Below are positions 1-12,472 of a stretch of 64,000 bases of DNA, one piece after another (the first letter of the stretch is position 1; every line of letters begins with the position of its first letter). The notes under the pieces were generated by a model. The model did no database searches. It saw only the letters and a list, made by a program, of their open reading frames with translations, and was not told the DNA's origin. Made by a program: the position numbers and the translations under genes. Source of the stretch: Octopus sinensis (lineage: Eukaryota); contig NC_043012.1 of the NCBI RefSeq assembly GCF_006345805.1, forward strand, positions 20,770,001 through 20,834,000. Reading direction: 5' to 3'.

Positions 1-765
1 ATACATACACATATGTACATGCATACACATTGCATACACATTGTGCATACATGTCGGATAGCCGTTCTCAGATAGCACCTGCTACAAGGCAGCGGTAAAA
101 TTAAATACATAAACCTAATGCTGAAAATGTCGATTATATCACATTTCTGTGGAAGATATAAATATAGCCAACAGTATCCCCAAAGTATCATCAAGTAACT
201 TCCACACGCCCCCCCTGCCTCCAACGCTCGCTCACGACGTGTCGCGTAAATGATATACAATCTACAAAAAAGGATGTCCTGGGATAAAAATAAAGACGCC
301 CTCTTAATGAATATATACACGGAGGACAACACAAGCAATAATGGTAGTGGGGGAGGTTTCCTTCACATCCTATATCCGGAGCAAAAATAAGAAGCCGTAT
401 GTCGTTGTTTTGTGCAGACAAGAAAAAGTATGTACCTTCATAGAAGTAGCTCCCCTTCAGATGTGAATATCTTTCCGAAAATCAACAAGAACTATAAACA
501 ACGGCTTCGAAACTTCTAGAATCTGTACCAACATTTTGCCAGTAAATTTATGCCAATATGAATTGTTGCACTTGGCGTTTTGTAAATGAATGCATCATGA
601 GACAATCTGAGTAAGCTGGGTGTTATTAATTCAAATGTACAACCACGTGTGTTTTAGTGTGTATTTGGAAGTATATATCTACTGGTGTGCATGTATGCAT
701 AGATGTGCGTAGGGACGTGTTCCTGTGAGTATTACCGGATATACAGTTTGTATCTTATAACATAT

Positions 766-1153
766 GAAGGAAGCACTCCGTCGGTTACGACGATGAGGGT
801 TCCGGCTGATCCGAATCAACGGAACAGCCTGCTCGTGAAATTAACGTGTAAGTGGCTGAGCACTCCACAGACACGTGCACCCTTAACGTAGTTCTCGGGG
901 ATATTCAGCGTGATACAGAGAGTGACAAGGCCGGCCCCTTGAAATACAGATACAACAGAAACAGGAAGTAAGAGTGAGAGAAAGTTGTGGTGAAAGAGTA
1001 CAGCAGGGATCACCACCATCCCCTGCCGGAGCGTCGTGGAGCTTTTAGGTGTTTTCGCTCAATAAACACTCACAACGCCCGGTCTGGGAATCGAAACCGA
1101 GATCTTATGACCGCGAGTCCGCTGCCCTAACCACTGGGCCATTGCGCCTCCAC
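766..1153 (-). mobile_element. tRNA-derived SINE (family A), full length
   Basis: Minus strand begins GTGGAGGCGCAATGGCCCAGTGGTTAGGG...GGTTTCGATTCCCAGACC (Pol III A and B boxes). Flanked by a probable TSD TCTTAT(A/T)ACATAT at 753-765 and 1155-1167 (12/13 match). Confidence 0.85.
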
Positions 1154-1621
1154 TTCTTATTACATATATGCATAAACAAACAGAATTTATACTACAGTAA
1201 TGTACTTATCTTGAATTCCATCCTTTGCATAGACACGACTGTTTTATCAAAGATAGTTTATTAGTATGTTCTATTTTTTTGCGTGTGATACTCTTGTGGT
1301 AAATAAAACCGTTATTTCTCGTTGACGAAAGGCCGCAACAATCACCGAACAAATCGAAGACGGTACGTGACACGTAATTCATTATAAGACTGTCACGTAC
1401 CATAAACGAAATTCCTCGCATTTATCTAATCTTTCCTTCCTTTTCACACACGCTCTTTTTCAGATCACCCTCCTCTACTTCTAAGATACGCTTATATCCT
1501 TCACACCATTCCAAAATCCATATCGGTTCAACTTAGGCACACATGATGCACTCAATGAATGTGTTGCGTCAATTTGCTCGATCTCCCCCTTCTCTCTCTA
1601 TCTCTTTCTCTCTCGCTCTCA

Positions 1622-1674
<53 letters not shown>

Positions 1675-2178
1675 ATATATATGTATGTATATATATATAT
1701 GTATGTATATATATATGTGTGTTTAGAAAGAGAGAGACCGAAGGAGAGATAGAGATACATGCATATATATATATATACACATATATATATAGGAAAATGT
1801 GTTCTTGAAAATGCACCTACATTTCAAAAACTCGTAAATGTTTAAAATACATTTATTTACATATATACTAAACTAGTTTCAACAATATTTATTTGTTTAT
1901 CAAAGGTAAAAACATATAATATGTGTATTTGAAACCTTGAAGTTTGTACCATCGTGGACAAGTTAATTTCTGTCGAATGTTGAGTTTCTTCTCCTATTTT
2001 GTCCCCCAGCTTTAGGGGACAGGTCAACTGAATTAATTTTTCAGTGAAAAGTTGTTTGCATTTCCCCATTAACAAGGAGAAAGCACAGCATAATACGGTG
2101 AAGATCATATGTGAGAGTGGGAAAGAGAGTGAGGAGTGTCATTAATGTCAACAAGGGACAGTGCAAGTGCGAGACTCT

Positions 2179-3800
2179 ATGGCGTCTCCAAATATAGATA
2201 AGTCAGTTTTTCTCGATAACATGCTAAAAGATGAAAAAAGGGCCATTTTTTTTCGAGAAAGATCTCAAAAAGAATCTTTCAGAAAACAACAACGGCTATA
2301 GTTACAACAACATTAATTTGCATGCGCATCAAAGAGAAGGATAACGACATAACTCCTGCAAAAAAGCCCTGTCGTGTGTGAAGCAGCAGACGGTAAACAA
2401 CAGCAACAATAGCCGAAGTGAGGTGATAATTAGAAATAGCAGCAGCAACAACAGCGATAACAACGACATAAGGAGTAAGCAACAAGCCGGTGCAATGGCT
2501 TGGAATAACACTAAACTTCCTTTATCAAGTGCTATCAAGTCCGCATTTCAGTAAATAAAATTCTTTGAAGATGAAGTTAGAAATGTCAGACGGCTGTTCG
2601 ATCTAGATGGGTTAGCTGTCAAGCTAAGGCCCCCACCATCGGCACTATCCAAAATACGATATGTCGCATATTGACGTACCGCACAATTGGTTTAAAGTCA
2701 ATTTGGGGGGAAGATCCACCGATGCCCAAATACAAAAGGATTTAGGTTCTGTTTGGAACCTCAACGAGTACATGCAAAGAGGAAGGGGCAACAGGATAGT
2801 GGAGGTGAGATTCCACACAGAGGAAGAAGCTAAATCTCACGCTCTCAAACCACTCACACGCGAGGAGCTGTTGTTGATTTCCTCCTACTGCGGCCAGACT
2901 CTGGTCAAGATAATCGTAAAATAAGTATCGCTAGAAATAGCCATCCCTTGTCTAATTTCTGCTGTCAAAACAGGCATCGAGGAAAACTTGAAAATCCTCG
3001 AAGTCTATCAGACCAAAAAGGACAAGTGGTCCGGGATGACGATAGAACTCCTCATCCAAACAACGTAAAAAGATGTGGATGTCATCCCAGACTAAATCCA
3101 TCTGCCTGGAATCAGCAACATTCCACTCAGAGTGGATCGAAGGAAAGCAAAATGCCGAATATGCCTTTCAACCACTTACCTAAAAGCTTTCTGCCCTAGA
3201 CTGAGAGAAAAAGCGAGCAAGGATTCTCTCCTCCAAGCACCAACAGAATCCACCTGAACTCGAGCGACGACAGCATCAGCAACACCACCATCAACAGCCT
3301 CAGCTGCAGCAGCACCAATACCAGCCATACCGACACCAAGTTGCCTAAAAAACTTCACAGCACCGGAAGATGTTCCACTTCCTGATGTCGAGCGAACGGA
3401 ATCACATGTGGAGAGCCTGATCACGATGAGTAGTAGAAGATAAAAACCAAAAAAGGGATGAAGAAAGACAAAAAGAAAAATAAATCAATGGACACACAGC
3501 CACAATTCTCTTCCACATCGGCAGGGAAGAAGGGAAAAATGAAAACAACAAAGATGAGTACAACCAAAATTGACACTGTATTACCACCACTACCACAAAC
3601 ACCTGAGGCACTACCTCAACCAACAACACCACAAACACAACCCATCCCACTCACGCAGCCACAACAACAACAATGACAGCCTAAACGACAATATCAGCAA
3701 CTACAACAACAATAAAGAGACCAGCTTTACAAAGGACATGGCAATAAACGCAAAAAACGAAGATTTTATGAATGACATAAAAGCACACACACCACCATAA
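2179..3800 (+). pseudogene. Disrupted LINE ORF1 (RRM-like region, CCHC zinc knuckle, Pro/Thr/Gln-rich tail)
   Basis: ATGGCG start at 2179. The frame of 2661 continues through stops to CRICLSTTYLKAFC at 3153-3194, which is C-X2-C-X4-(H>Y)-X4-C. Confidence 0.7.
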
Positions 3801-3885
3801 CACAAAAAGATTTTGTCATAACCATAATCTCCCTACCTACACACACACAAATTGTTATTGTTCAAACAACAGAAAACACATACAC

Positions 3886-4860
3886 TGTTCGATTCGGACC
3901 CTCTTATGGACAAATCATGGGACTAAGAGAAAGCTATCCCTGAAAGCTCGGACAGCTAACTCGTACATCGCGTCCGTCATCTACTACCACGTGACCGTCA
4001 TGCCTTGTCCTGGCCACCGTCTGATTACGTTGGAACGTATAAGGCTCTGTTTATTGTGGGAAGGACAAGTCCCGATGGTCAGATGGTCTATCTGCTGTCA
4101 AAACCCTCAGAGTGGTGGCCTGGGCTTGCCGTAGTTGGGGATGCGCAGCCATGCGCTAAGGCTACGGCACCTCCAGTGCTTCTTTGACAGCAAACATGCG
4201 TAGTCACCGGAAGCGTATTTCCCTAGCTGATCTTTTTAACGGAGCTGCAGTCCTGGGTCAGACAGAAACCGAGAGAGAAGGCTTATGGAAAGTGGAATGT
4301 ATTCAAGTTTTCACAGCCCACAGCCAGATGGATACTGCGATAGTGGACAGTCCACTTTAACTTTCTATAGAGGACTAATAGGGGGAAAGTGCGACGATGT
4401 TCTTCAGAAGTCCTTGGGCGTCGAAGAAAATAAGCTGGCCGCTCTCTTCCAGAAATCCTTCGACCCGGGACCGATGGATAACTACCAAAAATATCTAGCC
4501 TAGTAATGCTACTATAGTTGCTTGCTTGTTCGAGATAAACTACATAGGCGCGGAAGTGATGTCCTTGATGAAAGTGGTTGTATGGTCGACGAGACTGAAG
4601 ACAAACGCTTTTCACTGTAGCTAATCCTTGATCAACTTGAAGTTTCACTTGAAGAGGAAAATAATGGGAAAGAGGGAAGTGTTGTCTTCCATACATTTTG
4701 TTGAAGGATGTATGAAAGCGGCAAGAATGGTGCAAGTGAACGGGCCTGTCCTGAGCAGACGCCTGTAACTGGAGAAAAGGAAAGGAGGCAAGGCACCTGC
4801 CCCAGAAGTCAGGGTACCCGTGGTTTTGAGGTGTTTTTCCGTGAGCAGCTCTTGAACGTC
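3886..4860 (+). pseudogene. Tx1-type ORF2 C-terminal remnant (thumb, post-RT and zinc-binding region)
   Basis: Translates RKLSLKARTANSYIASVIYY...LLWEGQVPMVRWSICCQNPQSGGLGLP and later LLVRDKLHRRG. These match the L1/Tx1 post-RT consensus (W..R.LS..GR, FLW, P...GGLG). Several stops. Confidence 0.8.
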
Positions 4861-5075
4861 TCCGCTCTACTGAGAGCTATACATTGTTAATTTGATGTGT
4901 TTTCTTTTACATTTTCTTACTTTTTTTCCTATTTTCTTTTCCATTTTATACGTGTTTACGAGCAAGACCTTCAGGACAACACACATTCACACATATACAC
5001 TTGCACATTCTTTGTTTTGTCCTGTACTGTCCATAATGTTTTTCTTAATGTAAATCCTTAGTGATTAATAAAGAA

Positions 5076-5104
5076 ATCATTAATATTAATATTATCATTA
5101 TCGC

Positions 5105-5160
<56 letters not shown>

Positions 5161-5171
5161 TATTATTATTA

Positions 5172-5225
<54 letters not shown>

Positions 5226-5268
5226 GTTATTATTATTATTATTATTATCATTATCATCATTATTATTA

Positions 5269-5305
<37 letters not shown>

Positions 5306-5335
5306 TATTAATTTTATTATGATTATTATTATTAT
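5076..5335 (+). repeat. (ATT)n microsatellite
   Basis: Direct reading of the sequence. Confidence 0.95.
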
Positions 5336-5394
5336 TGAACCGGTGAAATTATTAGTGTGAAAGAAAAAACACTTTCCGGATTTCCTTCTGGTTC

Positions 5395-5550
5395 CCAAGT
5401 TCTGTGTTAGAATGCTGCTGAGGTCAGCTTACCTCATATATCGTTTCCGTGTCGATAAAATAAAGTACCAGCGAAATACTGAGCTCGGAGGTATTGACTA
5501 AGGCATCTCCCCTAAAACTGCTGGCCTTGTGCCAAAATTTGCAACGAATA
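5395..5550 (+). mobile_element. Degraded SINE family B fragment
   Basis: GTCGATAAAATAAAGTACCAG...GCTGGCCTTGTGCCAAAATTTG resembles other family B copies in the window. Confidence 0.6.
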
Positions 5551-5559
5551 TTATTTTGA

Positions 5560-5591
5560 TAATGATAATGATGAGAATTAGGATGGTGATG

Positions 5592-5630
<39 letters not shown>

Positions 5631-7075
5631 ACGATGATTATGATGATGATTATGATGTTGATGATGATGATGATGATATCTTCATCAAATATCTATTTGA
5701 TGAAGGCATTATTTCCCCAACCAGCTAAAAGATCAATGTGTCCACTTAGAGTGAATTCAAAACTGTGGAGACCTTATGAGTTTATATATTTCTAATTAAA
5801 AACACTTGTTTTTGTTTCTTCTTTCTTTTTTCTTTTTCTATATTTATTATTGAAGCAATTTTTGACGGTTGACGATGATGGTTGTGATCACCAGTTTCAT
5901 CACCATCATCATCATCATCATCACCATTCTCATCATCATTATCATCATCATTATCATCACCATCACCATTACCGTCATTACTATCATTATTCTTATCAAC
6001 ACCCACCTCCTCCTCATCATCCTCATCATTATTGTCATCACCACTACCACAAGCATTACCATTATCATTATCATCAACATCCGCCTCCCTCACCTCCTCC
6101 TCATCATCCTCATCATTATTGTCATCACCACTACCACAATCATTACCATTATCATTATCATCAACATCCGCCTCCCTCATCTCCTCCTCATCATCCTCAT
6201 CATCATTGTCATCACCACTACCACAATCATTACTATTATCATTATCATCAACATCCGCCTCCCTCACCTCCTCCTCATCATCCTCATCATTATTGTCATC
6301 ACCACTACCACAATCATTACCATTATCATTATCATCAACGTCCGCCTCCCTCACCTCCTCCTCCGCCTCCTCATCATCATCATCATAGTGGTTGTGATGA
6401 CAGATACAGTGATTTAGTTCTTGATGGTAGTTGTGATTGCTGCAGACAGATGGTGGTGGTGAAAATGGTGGTGGTGGTGGTGCTGCTGCTGCTGCTGGTG
6501 CTGGTACTGGTGCTAGTGGTGGTGAAGGAGCAACGGTGGTCACACTGGTGATCATGGCTATGATTTTCATGGTGGCGACGGTGACGTGGAAGATCACGAC
6601 GATGACAACGGCGACGATGTTCGTGTCCTTAAAATTGTTATGATGATGATGATGATGATTATGATGATGATTGTGCTGCTGGAGTAGTGGTAGTGAGGTT
6701 ATGGTGGCGGTGTTCATGAAGGTGTCGTTGGTCATAAAAATGATGATAATTATAACGATGTTGGTGGTGATGGTGACGATAATCAAGGTGACGGTGACGG
6801 TGGCGGTGGTGGTGGAGATAGTGATGGCGATGGTGAGTTGTAGTAATGTAGCTTCTCCTGTCGTTGTCACAGCTTGTGTTGATAAGCACCTTGATCATGA
6901 TCATGATGATGATGATGTCGATGATACTGCTGCTGTTATTGAAAGCTGTTGCTACTGTTACCACCAATGATGATGATGATGGTGATGATGAAGATGATGA
7001 TGATGATGATGATGATGATGGTCATCATCATCATCGTTATCATCACCATCATCATCATATTAGCATATGATGAGA

Positions 7076-7117
<42 letters not shown>

Positions 7118-7330
7118 ATGCTAGTGATGATCAAGTTAGTATATGATTATGCTGATCATGATAATGACGATGATGATCGCATTGGTATTTGATGATGATG
7201 ATTATGATGACGATGATGTTAGTAATGGTCATATTAGTATCTGTTGATGATGAAGATGATCATGATCATCATGATCATCATCATGATCATCATCATCATC
7301 ATCATCATCATCACCATCATCATCATCATT
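5560..7330. repeat. Compound trinucleotide low-complexity array (ATG/CAT/GGT/CAC)
   Basis: Direct reading. Accounts for the many overlapping poly-H, poly-D, poly-I and poly-M ORFs. Confidence 0.9.
6002..6362 (+). repeat. 87-bp minisatellite, about 4.2 copies
   Basis: CCGCCTCCCTCA recurs at 6081, 6168, 6255 and 6342, an exact 87-bp period. Confidence 0.9.
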
Positions 7331-7687
7331 TGCTTCTTCTTGTTCTTAGTCTTCTGTTTACTCTGGTGTTTATCTACGCTGGAGATCAAAAGGTGACGTA
7401 GCATAATGTTACTCGCAGCAGTAGAAACACAATAAAACAAAACGCGCCACCATTAATATTTCATTTCAAAAGAATATTTATGAAGTCCTATTTAAACCTA
7501 TTTTATCTCAAATTAATGCTAACCTATTGATAGAGACTAAAAGACTCTAATGAATAATGGGAAACGAAGGAACGTTGTTTAATTACAATAATGAAGCATA
7601 GATCATACACTTCATTCATTTACGTGCGTGTGTGTGTGTTTCTAATGTGTATGCGTGTGTGTGTGTGTGTGTGTACATGTAACTATG

Positions 7688-7721
<34 letters not shown>

Positions 7722-8054
7722 CATACATATATACACACTCATACAAATATGCACACGGATATTTAAATGCACTGGTATATACACACTTCTAAAAATATAC
7801 ATAACATTATATATGACCATATACATATTATAGACACACACACAGATGTACGTAAGAATATATGTATATGAATGTATAAGTAAATAATATCAACCTGGTA
7901 AAATTACCAAAAACTACCAATAACAGCCGGAAGGCAACCTGATTGTGCATTTGTGCGATTTCTCTAATCGGATACGATTCCTGGCTCACGGTTATCTGGG
8001 ATACTTTTTATTCATATATCAAACAAGCCTTAGGTTATATATATATATATATAC

Positions 8055-8086
<32 letters not shown>

Positions 8087-8165
8087 TTGTGAGTCTGTGT
8101 GTCTGTGTGTTTATTTGTATATGTATATGTATATATGCATATGTATATATGTATACATATACAAC

Positions 8166-8196
<31 letters not shown>

Positions 8197-8315
8197 ATAT
8201 ATATATACATACATACATATATATACATATACATATAATGATAAATCTCAGAGCGAGTTATAAACAGTAGCGGTAACACATCGTGGCAATATGCGTCACC
8301 ATATACATATATATA

Positions 8316-8366
<51 letters not shown>

Positions 8367-9400
8367 GTGTGTGCATGTATGTATATATATATATATATAT
8401 ATTCATGTGTGTGGGGGTATACACATATATATAAATATACATGCACGTTTATTGTTTATGTCCAGTTTTAATAAAAAAGAAAAAGCATTTTACCGTCATC
8501 TATGTTAGTCTACACTTTGGTAGAATACAAATTCATTAATTTTAAACAAGAATATTATGGTTAGTGGCCTGGAAATTTCGCCCAACTAAAACAAGAATAT
8601 TATTGGCAGTGGACTCGAAGCTTCGACCAGCAAAGCTATCGCTCGACTGCTATGCACTGGCTTTACATAATCACTGTTGAGCTAAAACATCTTCCTTGGG
8701 TATGTTGGTTTCATCTTTGTGATAATTAGGTCGTGGGATTGGTTGTGGTAGAGAAGTGGCTAGGAGAAATGTCTATGAATTAATTTCGAGCTAGTGCTAA
8801 TATTTAAAATTATTTTCCTGTTGTAGCTCTTTGATAAGGTTTGTATGTTTAGGTGTGTTCGCTTCAGGTCATGGGACAGATTGTTTGAGTTTCATAAACA
8901 GGATGTAGGTAAGTTTAGAATTCACCAGTAGTTGTTTGTTTTGCCTTTATCGTATTTAACAGCAATGCAAATGTGAAAGGTTCAAAGTTTAGACCAGTGT
9001 ATAAAAGTTAGTAATTTGGTGTGCCGAAATTTTTGTAATGGAGTTCTTTTATGGGTTCACAAAAGAATAGAAGTAGGTGATATGTTTTGCCTGGTCAGTT
9101 ACTTACTTGTTGTTATTTATGGAATTTCCCATTTGTATTTGGAAGGTGAAGAATATTAATCTAGCATGTCATAGTGTTCATAGAATGGAAATTTTCCTAC
9201 GTTCAGCTTTGATGTTCACAAGAGGATGTACATAGGTTTAAAGACTGATGGCCTGTGCTTTTCTTTCTAGGGATTCATTGTTTTCTCAATATAAGCAATT
9301 TCATTAATATGTAGAACTTTTAACCTTCGTGTTTTATAGAGGCAGAGTTCAATTCTATTTCAGATGCACAGATATTTTGTATGCTTTTTAGACGTACATT

Positions 9401-9433
<33 letters not shown>

Positions 9434-9592
9434 CGGGAAACTTTATGAAAATAGACAAAAGACGAAGGCAGGTTTACGGAAATAAACAAACGATGAAGGC
9501 AGGTGGAATACAAACAAACAATTGTATTAGTATGGCGCTCAGGAATATAAATAAAACAAGTCTTTTACGTTTCGAGCCTACGCTCTTCAACA
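9434..9592 (-). mobile_element. Penelope-like terminal repeat fragment with a degenerate minimal hammerhead
   Basis: Minus strand TGTTGA-A-GAGC-GTAG-GCTC-GAAACGT-AAAAGACT. Homologous to 60640-60760. The 5' side of the core is disrupted. Confidence 0.55.
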
Positions 9593-9614
9593 TACATATT
9601 TATTGAAATATATA

Positions 9615-9650
<36 letters not shown>

Positions 9651-9906
9651 AAAGCGTGATATTAAAAACCTTTGTATATACTCATGAAATAAAATGGGAT
9701 TAAAAATTCGATTTTAAAAACTTATTTAAATTTATTTTTAAAATTAAACAAAAACAGAGTTGGAAAAGGAAAGGAAGTTTCATATACATACATACATATA
9801 TACATACATACATACATGCACATGTATGTGCATATACATTTACACACACACACATGTATACACACACATATATATTCATATATATATGCATATATATATA
9901 CATGAA

Positions 9907-9946
<40 letters not shown>

Positions 9947-10508
9947 CACATACATAAAAACACATACGCACACATATGTGTGTCTGTATATATGTGTGTG
10001 TGTTTAAATCAATGTAGAGTAGCATACAAAGCCTTTAATACCTCTATTCTTTATACAAACACACCTTTGGGACTAGCAGGCACCAGCCCTTATTTTCACC
10101 ATCTAATTCAAACCTAAAGTCATACTGTACGCCTACATTCGCATATTTTCTCATATTTTATACGTTATATTCCTCATTTTCTTGTATAATGTAATCATAT
10201 ATTTCTTTCAGAAGATTCACAGAAAGATATTCTTATAATTATTATGCGACTTAAATACATAGAATTCCATTATATTTTCTACCGTAATGTATTCCATAGA
10301 GCCAGGGATTGAGTCGTCGCGAAACTTGAGTAATTTGAAAATAATCCAATTTAAATAACTAAAATACTCTACATGATCGCTTTCACTTAGAAGTTGATGT
10401 ATGTGCTTATGTGTCTGCACGTATGTTTGCGCCTGTGAGTGCACTTCTGCGTGTTTGTATGTGTGTGTATGTGTGCATGTAATATATGCTTATATGTGTA
10501 TTTATACT

Positions 10509-10573
<65 letters not shown>

Positions 10574-10786
10574 TTTATTTAAAAGCAGCAGTTTTGTTAA
10601 CAAAACTGTCCGACGAACGGGAACGTGAAACTCCGAGTAACAGCTTTTGTTAAATTTCTGCTGCTTTTCAATAAAGCATATTACTCTACCTCTGATATTT
10701 GAGTACTCTTTTTCCACCTTATTTCACATTTATGTGTTTACTCCGGTATATATATATATATATTATATATATATATGTATGTGTGT

Positions 10787-10819
<33 letters not shown>

Positions 10820-11305
10820 CCTGTGTATGTGCTTGTGCGTATGTATATGCACGTACATTTGAAGATGTGTATTTCTGCACCCTTTTATATATTCAATGGA
10901 TCATCCTACGATAGTGTTTTGATGCTTTCTGTACTTTCAGAAAGACGACCAAGTCGAATTGCTTCATGACAAGATGACTTGACTCATGTGAGCATGAAAC
11001 ATCGTTAGAGTTTCGTTCTGAAAGGATTTATCTATCCATAGGAACTTCAGAAATTTCTGGCCCATATTTTTATGTTGTGTGCAAGAAACCTTCGTAATAT
11101 CAATAACGCTTCGACGGTGGGGATTCTGTTATTCAATAAATTTCGCCCACTGCGTGCTGCATTTGGCCACATATAAAAAAGTAAATGATCGTATTTGAAA
11201 ATGAGACAACATAGTACATATAGCCTGGAGGGAACCACAACATGTGAAAGCATATATAATACAGTATTATGAAATATAAGGACTTGATCTTTGCCGGCGG
11301 GATTT

Positions 11306-11307
<2 letters not shown>

Positions 11308-11367
<60 letters not shown>

Positions 11368-11387
11368 TAATAATGATAATGATAATA

Positions 11388-11465
<78 letters not shown>

Positions 11466-11784
11466 TAATGATAATAATGCTTGATAATAATAATAATAAT
11501 GATAATACTGATGATGATGATGATGATGATGATGATGAGAATGATACCAGGAAGAGTTTGCACTTCCCCAACAACGGAAAAGAAGAGAAAATGCCGCGCA
11601 CACACCAGCAACGCGGAGGTGTATGAGGTGATGCAGTATGAATCTGCCTGAAACTATCGAACGCTGAATATTGATGATGGTCGTGGTGATGATGATGAGG
11701 AGGAGGAGGGGGAGGAGGAAGATGAGGGAGGACGACGACGATGATAATGAGGATGACGACGACGCCAACGGTGATGATGTTGAC

Positions 11785-11829
<45 letters not shown>

Positions 11830-11880
11830 AACGAAGAAGATGAAGATGGTGGTGGTGGTGGTGATGGTGATGATGATAAA
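11308..11880. repeat. (AAT)n/(GAT)n arrays enclosing a 119-bp unique island (11543-11661)
   Basis: The island is the reverse complement of 61895-62013 with 5 mismatches in 119 bp. Confidence 0.9.
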
Positions 11881-12059
11881 CATTGCCAAAATGAATCGAA
11901 TCCGAAGAGTTGTATGAACCCTCTTAAGAACCTGTTTGATGAGAGGGGAAAATTACGATTGAATGATTGTAATTATATTAAACGTAATTCACATTTCAAT
12001 CGAATTCGAACGCCATAGCCTCAAGCTGTCACGTATTTGAAGAGGAGTAATTCGGTTTT

Positions 12060-12472
12060 CAGATTTTGACACAAGGCCAGGAATTTCGGCGGAGTGGAGG
12101 TGTCGACTATATTGATGCTAGTGCTCAACCGGTATCTATTTTATCGATCGCGTCAGGACGAAAGGCAAGATCAACCACGATCGAATTTATGCGGCTAAAC
12201 ATTTTGTTCGGTGTGTGAACAACACTGTCAGCTCCTCTTAAGTCAATATAAGTAATAACGCTTTCAAAGTTTAGCACAAAGCCAGCAATTTGAGGAGATG
12301 AGTAATTCGATTACATCCACCCCCACTGCTCAACTAGTACTTATCTGATCGACCCCCTAAAAGACGAAAGGCAATGTCAACCTCGGCAGAATTTGAACTC
12401 AGAACATAAAAATGTACGAAATACCGCTAAGCATTTTTTCGGCGTGTTAAAGATGCTGCCTGCTCTTCGCCT
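12060..12472 (-). mobile_element. Two degraded SINE family B copies (12060-12190 and 12261-12472)
   Basis: GACGAAAGGCAA...CTCGGCAGAATTTGAACTCAGAAC...AAATACCGCTAAGCATT, the reverse complement of the family B B-box and body. Confidence 0.8.

Larger units (their letters stand above)
2105..5075 (+). mobile_element. Tx1/L1-clade non-LTR retrotransposon, internally deleted (ORF1 remnant joined to the 3' part of ORF2)
   Basis: ORF1 remnant with a zinc knuckle, followed almost directly by post-RT ORF2 motifs and a T-rich 3' UTR ending AATAAAG (~5067) before an (ATT)n tract. The 5' boundary is approximate. Confidence 0.8.

Noticed and set aside
1362-1401. 11-bp hairpin GGTACGTGACA/TGTCACGTACC
   Set aside because: Isolated, with no CTAG terminus or other element context.
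5045-7440. Long ORFs up to 362 aa
   Set aside because: They are translations of triplet arrays, open in most frames on both strands, with no domain signal.
8640-9340. Possible degraded Penelope RT/thumb on the minus strand
   Set aside because: Only faint motif resemblance amid many stops.
11620-11661. GCAG/CUGC stem followed by GAAAC in the 119-bp island
   Set aside because: No CUGANGA upstream, so it is not a hammerhead.
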